The position numbers were made by a program, and so were the translations under genes. 58,781 nt of DNA, taken from assembly GCA_010093995.1 (NCBI GenBank), contig ML992504.1, positions 1,849,394-1,908,174 of the forward strand, given 5' to 3'. Source of the DNA: Elsinoe ampelina (lineage: Eukaryota). The notes beneath the pieces are model-generated. The model saw nothing but the letters and a program-made list of their open reading frames with translations, was not told where the DNA came from and did no database searches. Positions 49,396 to 58,781 of this stretch are shown piece by piece; within the stretch, counting starts at the first letter, position 1; each line of letters begins with the position of its first letter.

Positions 49396-50538
49396 ATAGC
49401 TTCTAATACATTAGTTAACTTCTTTAACTATGCTTAACTCCCTTGTATAAGTTCTACTAGGGATAGAGTTGTCCTAACTAAGGCTTAGATTGTTATTGTC
49501 CTTGATATAATAAAGAGAGTTATTAAGTTACGTAGCCTTATAATCTCTATAAATAGCATTATTAGTGTCTCCTTCTTTCTCCGCTCTTTAAAGAAGTCTA
49601 GAGCGCTTAAGAGACTCTCTAGTCTAGCTTAGACTCTACATGTTAAGGCTTTTACTAATAGAGACAGAGCTTATAATATAGTAGTTGCTATTAACATAAC
49701 TAAGGCTAATAAGCTTATTAATATTAGTACTAAGACTTCTACTAACAAGTACTACTTACTAGCTATCTTAATACATTATATAAGGGGTAGAACTATCTAT
49801 TTAAACCTAACCTACTACAATGTTAAGATTGCTAACGGCACTTACATCTTAAAGACTTTTAAGACTTATGTAATGTTCTAGCAGATTTATAGAGGTGCCT
49901 ACACTAACTGTATATACCCTAACAAGCGTAACAAGTGCAACTTCTAGTCCTAAACTTCTAAGGATATCTTCTTCTAGAGCTAGGGTCTCTCCCTAAAGAA
50001 GACTACTTAGCCTTTAACTCCTACTAGTCTATCTACTCTAACTAGTCCCTTAGGTAGTTTATCTTATAGTTGTCGCTCTTCTACTACTAGCTTTGCTTCC
50101 GGAGTGACTAGAAAGATTTCTATAGACCTAATTAGAGACACTAATGTCCTAAGGCTAAGGTAGGCTAAGGACAAATACTTTATTCCTACCCTAGCTCTAG
50201 CTAGATTTAAGCTATAGAATCCTAGCACTTAGGCTAGATTTGTAGCTAAGTTTAGGGACTATGCCGACAATTGTAACTTAATCTAGAGGAAGCTAATAAG
50301 GGGTAACAATATAGTTAGGCTATAGATATATAGGTAGGGCTTAGAGCTTAAGGAATAGGAGAGGATCCTAAGGAGCATATCTAATATAAGCTTGTCTCTA
50401 ACTCCTAAAGGGACTCTACTAACTACTAAGTCTAGTAGTAACAAGGGAAAGGGGAAGAAGAGGAGTAGTTCTAAGTCTAACTCTAAGGGCTCTCTATAGA
50501 AGAAGAAGTAGACTTACTTAATAGGCTATAGTAGGTGA
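49396..50538 (+). pseudogene. Antisense accessory ORF relic (about 380 codons) in the Copia 3' region, with DUF3716-like Cys motif and basic C-terminus
   Basis: One frame from ATA (ATG reverted) at 49396 to TGA at 50536-50538, interrupted only by TAG/TAA. It contains TF(E)T(C)VMF.QIY(G)GA(C)TNCIYPNKRNKCNF near 49855-49944 and KGKGKKR...KKK near the end. Confidence 0.72.
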
Positions 50539-53500
50539 ATTAAAGGCGGCCTTAGTGGCTTAGGATAGTAGATAGTAAAGGTGTTATAGTAGAGAATAGT
50601 GGATTAAGCTTAGGCTTAAGCAGCTAGTAATATAGTAGAGATAGCTATTTCCTTTCTCTCTTTTTAATAGTAAAGCAGTAAATACTACTTATAAGCTTTT
50701 AACAAATAAGATAGCTTAATAAGTGTAATAGTATAGTATTATACTTTAAATAACAATACAAATGAAATCTAAACGAGTGTATAGTGCTAAAGAGCACTAA
50801 CTAACTAGCCTTATAATTAGTAAAGGATCTTGTTAGGAGACTTAGGCTTAGTAAGTGCATTAGCCAATTACTTAGTTGTGTTAATATACTCTAGCTTAAT
50901 AGTACTAAGCTTATGTTGCTCCCTATAGTAGTGGTTCCTTAGATTAACATGCTTTAATCTTCTTAAGTTAGTATAATCTTTAGCTAGCTTAATAGCTAAC
51001 TTGTTATTAATAAAGATCTTAACTAGGCTAAGGTTAATATTAGTAAGGGGCCTAAGTTTAGTGACTAAATTTCTGAGCTAATTAACTTCTCTATAGGTCT
51101 TAGTTAATGTAAGATACTTAGCTTCTATACTTAATAACACTATAACCTTCTAGAGTCTTAACTTCTAGATAATAGGTGTACTAAGCATATAGATAATAGT
51201 CCTAGTAGTTAATCTTAAGGTCTTATTATTACTAGCAAAGTCAGAGTCTAAGTAGGCCTAAATAGTATTACTAAGGGAGCTATTAGTCCTCTTAAAGGTA
51301 AGGCTATAATTGATAGTCCTATTAACATATCTCTAGATCTGCCTACCTGTAATAACATAAGCTACTAAAGGATTTTATAGGAATCTAGCTAAGTAATTAG
51401 TAGCATAGCTAATATCTAGCCTTGTATTGTTAGCTAGATACTATAGCTTACTAATAATTATATTGAACTTTTAATAGTTATTAGCATTAACCTAGCCATA
51501 ATTTAGTCTATAGATCTTGTTAATAGGATGCTTAACTATTCTTACATAGAGAAGGTTATAACCTTTAAGCTTCTCCCTAGTATAGTATAATTGCTTAATC
51601 TTAATTATATCCTTAGTTCTATAGAGTTAAACACTAAGGAAGAGGTTAGAGTTTATAACCTTCATAGGGAATTTAGTATAAAGATCTTAAACTAGCTTAT
51701 TAGCATGTTTCTACTAAGTGGCAATAATTCTAAAGTTATCTACATATACTAACACAATATAGAACTTGCTAATAAAGAGACATATATCACTCTCTAACCT
51801 AGTAAAGCTAAGTAACTTAAGAGCTTTAATAATAGCCTTATACTAGAGAGCTACTACTTGCTTTAGGCTATAGAGTCCCTTTATAAGGATAATAAGCTTA
51901 TTAGCTAAGTCTTTAATTAGGACTCCCTTAGGGCAGCAGATGTAGTTCTTAAGATTAATATCTAGCCTAAGGAATGTAGTAATTATATTAGCTATTATAA
52001 TTACCTAGTTGTAATAGAGGGCATATATAAGAATAACTCTTCTAGTTTCTACTCTTAGTGTTAGAGTAAAGGTCTTAACAAAGTTAATGCTAGCTCTTTA
52101 TATAAAGCCTCTAGCTGTCTATCTAGTCTTAAACTTGTCAATAGAGCTATCTAGTAGCCTCTTAGTCTTAAATACCTATTTTCCAGTTATTGGTCTATAT
52201 CTAGCTAGGGCTTAGGATCTCTTAATAATCTTAAAGGTTCTAGTCTCTATTAATAAGTTAAACTTAGCCTTTATTGCAGCTTTCTAATGTTTGGCCTTAG
52301 GGCTTAAAAGAGCTTCTTTTACAGTTTAAGGGTCTAGCCTAAAGGTATTAGAGGATCTACCTCTAGTAATAGTAGTAGCATTCCTAATTACCCTACTAGA
52401 ATTAAGTGTTCTATAGTCTATCTAACGATATAATCTTAGTAATCTTCTAACTAATCTTACTAATAATAGTAGAGGTGATGTTAATCTTCTTCTTTTTCTA
52501 GTAATAGGAGTTATATAGAATAGTGTTATAAGTATATTAACATCCTCTATAGTTGTTAGTATAAGTAGTTAGTTAGCTATGTGTTTAGGTAGGTCATATA
52601 TTAAGTAAGACTCTCCTAGTACTTCTAGTAGAAGTGTAGTAAGATCTTCTATAATATGATCTTTAGTAGGAGGCTCTAATTAAGGCTCTCTCTAATTATT
52701 AGAGGGCTTAGATTAAGGCTCCTCCTGTTCTTAGATAGGATAAGGTAATTAGAGTAGAGTTTAAGCTTTAACTTAGGGGTTATTACTTCCTAAGGAAGGG
52801 TCTTTAGCCTAAGTGTTATAGAGGTCTTGTTAAAATTAATAATCTAAGGTTTCTAGATTCTTATAACTAAATTGTGTATTGTTTTGTCTAATAAATGTCT
52901 ACTCCCCCTAAAGCTATAAAGCCTTAGGTCTAGCAGTCTATAGATTCTTTGTCTATAGGATATATAGTTGTTTAAGAGGCATATAAGACTAATCTAGATA
53001 TGTAAGGTCTTTATTAAATATAACATAAGGAGTAGTAAAGAACCTGTTCTTCTATTTGCCCTTAGTTTAATACTAGTATAGTTGCTATATTAGATAGTTA
53101 GTAGTGGAATTTCTTTGTATTCTAATATACTATCTAAGCTAAGCTCTTACTTAGAACTTGTGTAATCTTAGGACATTATAATTATAGATATATACTCTAC
53201 ATCTAAAGCGTCTAATGTGTAATACTAAGATAGAATTAGTAGTGATCTTTAGGTCTTTATTAAGGACCTAGAGTAGTATCTTCTTAGTTTTAGTGTAAGT
53301 AGTTCTATTAATAACATAGATAGTAAATTCAATAACTAGATTCCAGAATTCTAGGGGAATCCTATAGTCAATAAAGATGCATCTTGTCCTTATAATAACA
53401 ACCTTATTAGTTAATTCTGCTCTACTATTCTAGTAGTAGGTATATAGTAATAAGATATTCTATCTCTAAGTATAATGCTAGATCTATACTCTAAGCTTAA

Positions 53501-55602
53501 GGCTAGAGAATTTACTACCTCTATTAGATATCTAGATAAAGAACACCTTATTATAGGTATTCTTGTTGTATATATAAGTATACTTAATGAACTTAATTAC
53601 TTTATCCTTAGTTATAAGGGGACTAAAGCTCTTAAAGTTACTCTTTCTATAGGTTATAAAGATATTATACCTGTGGCCTTAGTATAACTATAGTTTAATT
53701 AGCCTAACTAGGTTAATATAAAGCTTATCTAGTAAGCAAGCTAGTAGTGTTCTTAGTTCTCTTAACATAACTTGTTATACCTTTAAAACCGAGCATAGAA
53801 TATAGTGCCTAAGTTTAGATAATAAGAACTTTTCTATTCTAGTAGTAAGGTTCTTTATATATGTTATTACTACACTTCTAGGGTGACTAAGCCTTTAGTG
53901 CCATCTCTTAGATGTCACTTTAGTAGTTCTAGCCATAGCTAGATTTGCTATAATAAAGCTTAGGTCCCTTTTAAGAGTAGAAGACTTATATATGTATATG
54001 TTATTATTACTCTTATAAACCTTAAAGTCTTAAAGCTACTTAACATCTCTATCTACTTTAAGAGTTTCTACTTCTTTATTGTCTTTATTAAGGAGTTAAA
54101 GCCTAATAGCTTTAATGCTATTCTTCTTTAAGACTTTGCTATTAGAGATAAGATTATAGAGAGATAAAGGAGAATAGATGTAATTAATAAGAGTAATTAT
54201 AGTCTTCTTACTAGCCTTGTTTAATAGGGTTAGAACTACAGTTCTAACCTCTATATTAATAAGGCTTTAGGTTCTAAGTGCCTAATTAAGTTTAAGGCTC
54301 TTCTTTATAGTGTAGATATCTATAAACTATAACTTATTATTAATAAAGTGTCTTAATGCTCCGGAGTCCTAGATAACATTAGATCTCTTTATCTTGCTAT
54401 TTAATAAGGACGTAATAATAGTAGCTTAGCTATTGCTATAGATAAAGTCTTTATTATTATGTTTATTAGATTCTCTCCCCTTAGGTTAAGTATTATCCTC
54501 TACTACTAAGTAGCCTTTTGCTTTAGATAACTTCCCTTTAGTCTTACCTTTAGAGTTATTCTTAGTCTTGTTATTGCCTTTAGCCTTCTTATCTCTCTTG
54601 CTACTCTATTCTTTAGAGGCCTTTTTAGGATACTACTTATAGTAGTTAGCATTTAAATAGGCATAGTAAGTGCATTAGGTGTATTAGTCTTTAATGTAAC
54701 CTATAGCTCTAAATGCTATATTGTTTCTTCTATTAAGGGGTAGTCTTTCTCTCCTTAGAGAGGCTATTATTACCTCAAGTAGTGTGTTAGGATTAAGTAT
54801 AGATCTCTAATTCCTAAGCTATTTAGCCCTCTTAGTGCCTATTACAAAGAGTGTTATAATATAGAAATTAGGGAGGCTATAAAAGTGTGCTACTTAGCTG
54901 ATAGTAAGAGTCTTTTACTTAGCTATAATGTTATATTAGTGAATACACTTCTAGAAGTCTTTATAGTACCTTAGAGTGTCGTTGTTAAAGGGAAGCACTA
55001 CTTAATAGAGCTTTCTAATAGATTAGTAGAGTTCATACACTACTATTAACTTAAATGTGGCCTTAATAGTTATAATAAGGTCCTTTATAGTCTTTAGAGT
55101 AGTTCTATAATAAGGTCTAACTAACTTATAAAGCCTAGACATAATAACACTATATACTATTCTATCTAACTTTTGCTATTCCTTAATCTTAACTTTATAT
55201 ATAGCGCTTGTCTTACCACCTTTAAACTCGATTAGATTAGGCTTTAGCTTCTTGTTTACCTAGTTAAGGTTATTAAACATATAACTAATAACATCTTTCT
55301 TAATAAGGGTAACCTCTAGAGTTAATCTCTAGGCATTGTAGTTACTTTCTCTCTTAAGTATTTAGGTTTTATAGACTTTGCTTAAGCCTTCTAAAGACAT
55401 AGTAATTAGCTAGAAGGCGATAGATAGTCGCTTTTAATTAGTTTGTTAAGCCGTTTAATGAAGGATAAATGCAGGCTACTGCAGGTGTTTGTCCTAATGC
55501 AGCTAGTCCAGAATTTAGTGTGGGTTGATAATCCTTTTTGATAATAACACGCTTAATTTGCTACAGATTCGAGTGCTTTAAAGAAGCGCCGGGCTTATAA
55601 CC

Positions 55603-55742
55603 TGTTATACTTGGCAAATCGGATCGAGAGACGTGTGTTTCATTCAGAGAGTTACAATAACCGATTATCTACTGTGCGTGTGCTGACTCATCAGTACCAG
55701 TCCTTCAGTACCAGAGAAGCTGTACCAGCTTAAGTTACAACA
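55603..55742 (-). repeat. Copia 5' LTR
   Basis: TGTTA...CAACA; 139/140 identical to 48935-49074 by eye. Confidence 0.97.
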
Positions 55743-55955
55743 ATTCCTCGCGGGAAATCTCGAGGAATTTGCTTGCGTCTTGCGTCACAGGTTGCGTCGC
55801 CCAAAAGCAGGAAAATCCACAGCAGCAGCTCTGCCTTGATATACGCCCTCCACCAGCTCTCAATTCCTGCGTTTCCGATGCATCGTTAGGCCTCTGTCCT
55901 GTAATCTCACATACCCTTCCTAGCTCGTTTCAAAAAGAGACCACAGCCGTCCACA

Positions 55956-56810
55956 ATGGGTGCTGCACGTAAGTTATTCACTCCTGACATCCCTACCCTA
56001 CATCACCCCTAACCTGACATACAGGACCACTTTTCGGCTTCCTCGGCCTTGCCCTGCTCGCTGCTGGCGTCGTCCTCCAGTTCTTCGTCATCCTCTCCGG
56101 CACATCTACTGGCACTCCCACCGATCTCTCATACTTCCTCCAGGTATCTACCGACGGCGTATCAGGAGCGCGGAATCCATCAAGATGGACATATTGGGGC
56201 ATTTGCGGCGCTGATGGATCCCGCAACGTCGACTGTGGTGCTCTCGTCCCCGCTCATCCCTTCGATCCTCCTCGCAACTTTGGCACCGACAGCGGGCTTC
56301 CAGAAGGCTTCATCGGCACTCGCAAGTTCTTCCTCCTGTCCCGCTTTGCCTGGGTCTTCTACCTCATGGCGTTGGTCTTTGCTGCCTTTGCTCTCTTGAC
56401 TGGCGTCCTTGCGCTATGCACTCGTCTCGGTGCCTACATCTCTGGCTTCAATGCCATGGTTGCTCTTTTCTTCCAGACTTTGGCTGCCGCTCTCATGACG
56501 TATGTAGACATTGCAGTTGATGCTAGGACCATGATATTGACCTTTCACCAGTGCTTGGTCTGTTGAAGGCCGTAACATCTTCCGCGCCAACAACCAGGAA
56601 GCCAGCCTTGGTCGCTATGCCTATGGCTTTACGTGGGGCGCTGTTGCCGCCTTCATGCTCTCTACTGTCCTATTCTGCATTGGCGGATCTGTTGGCGGAC
56701 GCGACAGCTCGTCCCACAGCAGCCGCTTTGGCCGTAAGCGCAGCACCCGCTCCCGTGGCAGTTTCATCGATTCTGAATCCCAGCGCAGGGTCAAGGCGGA
56801 CTACGCATAA
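55956..56810 (+). CDS. SUR7: Sur7/PalI family eisosome tetraspan membrane protein; introns 55969-56024 and 56500-56551
   Basis: Spliced product MGAARPLFGFLGLALLAAGVVLQFFVILSG...RWTYWGICG......DCG...PAHPFDPPRNFGT...FFLLSRFAWVFY...RKRSTRSRGSFIDSESQRRVKADYA-stop. Confidence 0.92.
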
Positions 56811-57245
56811 AGAGTATGTCCACGATTCAGCATGAGCGAACCCTCAGCGTCACTCCGCCTTATCATCACTCGACACCTAGCCCGATAATCTTTGCAAGTC
56901 GACCCAGTGCGATAGTCTTTCGATCAAGCGATGGCGTTCTTTTCACGAGCCTGAAGGATGTCTGATACGATTACCTCTCACGATGTACCATATTGCGTGT
57001 AATCCTAGGTATAATTTCAACATGTTATTACTGAAGAGTGCAAGGCTATCTGTATGTCTTCAACAATGATGCTGAACATCTCCTTGGCAAGGCTCACAAC
57101 ATGATGAGCCTATCGTTAAATGCAGAGATCATCAAAGACATGGATCCTCAGACCAGCTGCCACGCTGCTCCCTTGCTCCTTCGGCCACTCCGCTAAATCT
57201 GGTCCATTTGCGGGGAAGTGCATGATCGACCGGCAGCCAAGATCT

Positions 57246-58781
57246 TATTATAACTAGCAAATCGGATCGAGAGACGTGTGTTTTATTCAGAGAGTTACAA
57301 TGACCGATTTATCTACTATGCATACGCTAACTTATTAGTACTAGTTCTTTAGTACTAGAGAAGCTATACTAGCCTTCTATTATAATACTCCCTCTCTAGT
57401 ATAGATTATTAAAGCTAGAGAACTATTCTATTATATATAAGTAAAGTAATTAGCTTATTACTTTATCTCTTTATAATTACTTATAATTATTAGTATTAGC
57501 TAATTATTAGTAAGAATTTACTATTAGTTTAGCTTATAATTACTAGTAATAATAGTAACTATTAATAATAGCTAGGCAGCTATTGTTTATATAAATAGAC
57601 TAGCTTATAAGTCTTAATTAAAGAGATATAAGTATCTAACTAGCCTCTTTATAATTTCTCCTTTCTTTATTATACTTATAGTAGTAGCCTTTTCTTTTAT
57701 ATAATACTTTTACCTTCTTACTATACTATATTAATAATACTTATAATATAAGTACTATAGTATAGTAATAGCTAGGTATTAGTAGTATTACTACTAGTAC
57801 TAGTACTCTAAGTAGTCTACTAGGTAGTAGAGATAGTAGTAAGAAGAGAAATCCTCTATTAAAGTTACCTAGTACTTCTAATATTAATTATAATACTACT
57901 ATAAGACTAATTACTTATCTTAATACTCTTAGTAAGTAGCTATAAAGCATTAATAGCATAAGCTAACATTAATAGCCTAATTAACTTAGACTTTAACTTA
58001 ATAGTTAGCCAACATAATCTAGAATACTCTCCTTAGGCTTAGAATAATTAGTTATTATAACTATACTAACTTATATCCTATCTAGAGATCTATAGTAGTT
58101 TAGGCCTTTAGTACCTATAGTATATATCTAGTAGTTACTAATTCTATTCTAGTTAAGAATCTAACTAAGTAAGTTAACCTTACTAGATCTACTAACTACT
58201 CTACTACTTTAATAGCTTCTAGTACTACTAGTAGAGTAGTCTACTATAGTACTAATTACTATACTAAGTATTAGAGATCTAACCCTAGTAATAATTAGAG
58301 TAAGAGTAAGAGTAGTAAGTTTAGTAAGTATATTACTTTATTTAGTTAGCTTAATAAGGCTTATACTTATAGTAACTAATATACTAGATGTTCCTTAGCT
58401 AACTATACTTTAACTCTAAGACCTATTAGCTCTCCTAAACCTATAAAGACCCTAAGTAGCTTAAGGGTTATTACCTAGCCTATTCTATATAGCCTAATAT
58501 ACTTACTAATTAAGCTTCTAAGGTCTATCTCTTTTAGTAGTACTTTACCTTAGAGGTTCTTACTAAGGGCCTATATACTAGAGGTATTATTAGGTATAGT
58601 TAATACCTTAATAACTTATACTAACTCTTACTACTTTATAGTAGTCCCTATAAACTTTATAGATTCTACTAACTTAACTACTACTAAGGTTTATAACTTA
58701 GCTACTATAGTAATAAACTATATAGTAGAGCTTATAAGAATTATAGCTACTAGCTACTCTAGTTAGCTTTCTCCTATTTAT
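57246..58781 (-). mobile_element. Second, related Copia element (3' LTR about 57246-57387 plus 3' internal region), runs off the window
   Basis: LTR homologous to 48935-49074 (shared gcaaatcggatcgagagacgtgtg...cagagagttacaat), followed by a PPT-like ctccctctc and about 300 bp matching 49075-49385 in RIP-mutated form. Confidence 0.9.

Larger units (their letters stand above)
48935..55742 (-). mobile_element. Ty1/Copia LTR retrotransposon, full length 6808 bp, interior RIP-mutated
   Basis: 140-bp LTRs (48935-49074, 55603-55742), TSD ATTCC (48930-48934, 55743-55747), PPT (ctccccctc on plus) next to 49074 and PBS-like GGTTATAAGCCC next to 55603. Minus-strand DSGA near 54360, RWH(Q)RL(G)HP near 53890, VYVD(D)F near 51740 and A(D)ALTKP near 50855. 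Confidence 0.96.

Noticed and set aside
53475..53687. 70-aa plus-strand ORF in the AT-rich block
   Set aside because: Chance frame antisense to the RIP-mutated Copia integrase.
1..58781. tRNA, rRNA, riboswitch or ribozyme genes
   Set aside because: No convincing consensus found by eye; a tRNAscan-SE or Infernal run would be needed to exclude them properly.

Overview
Filamentous ascomycete genomic DNA (spliceosomal introns, RIP-type C>T/G>A hypermutation) with a two-compartment layout. A 25.8-kb AT-rich block (1131-26920) resolves into five transposon relics: pogo/Fot1-like element A (1131-3882) and pogo-like element B (3934-26920). B carries a Gypsy chromovirus (4008-11030) and a Copia element (11808-24987), and the Copia carries a 7.8-kb hAT element (15061-22906). 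The whole block sits inside one cutinase gene, now in three pieces: 784-1130, a 51-bp RIP-mutated island holding the catalytic GYSQG codons at 3883-3933, and 26921-27365. The GC-balanced part encodes a DHA1 MFS transporter, an SDR, a GH28 pectinase, VMA22/CCDC115, an M36 fungalysin, an ACS-family MFS transporter, MET1, RAV2, a Cys-rich secreted protein and a truncated RAV2 copy. SUR7 lies between two related Copia elements (48935-55742 and 57246-end). The most novel signal is that unrelated transposons carry extra antisense ORF relics near their 3' ends. In the Gypsy this has Zn(II)2Cys6 spacing plus a coiled coil; in the second Copia it has a DUF3716-like GAC.NC motif plus a basic tail. All de-RIP readings and coordinates were done by eye.
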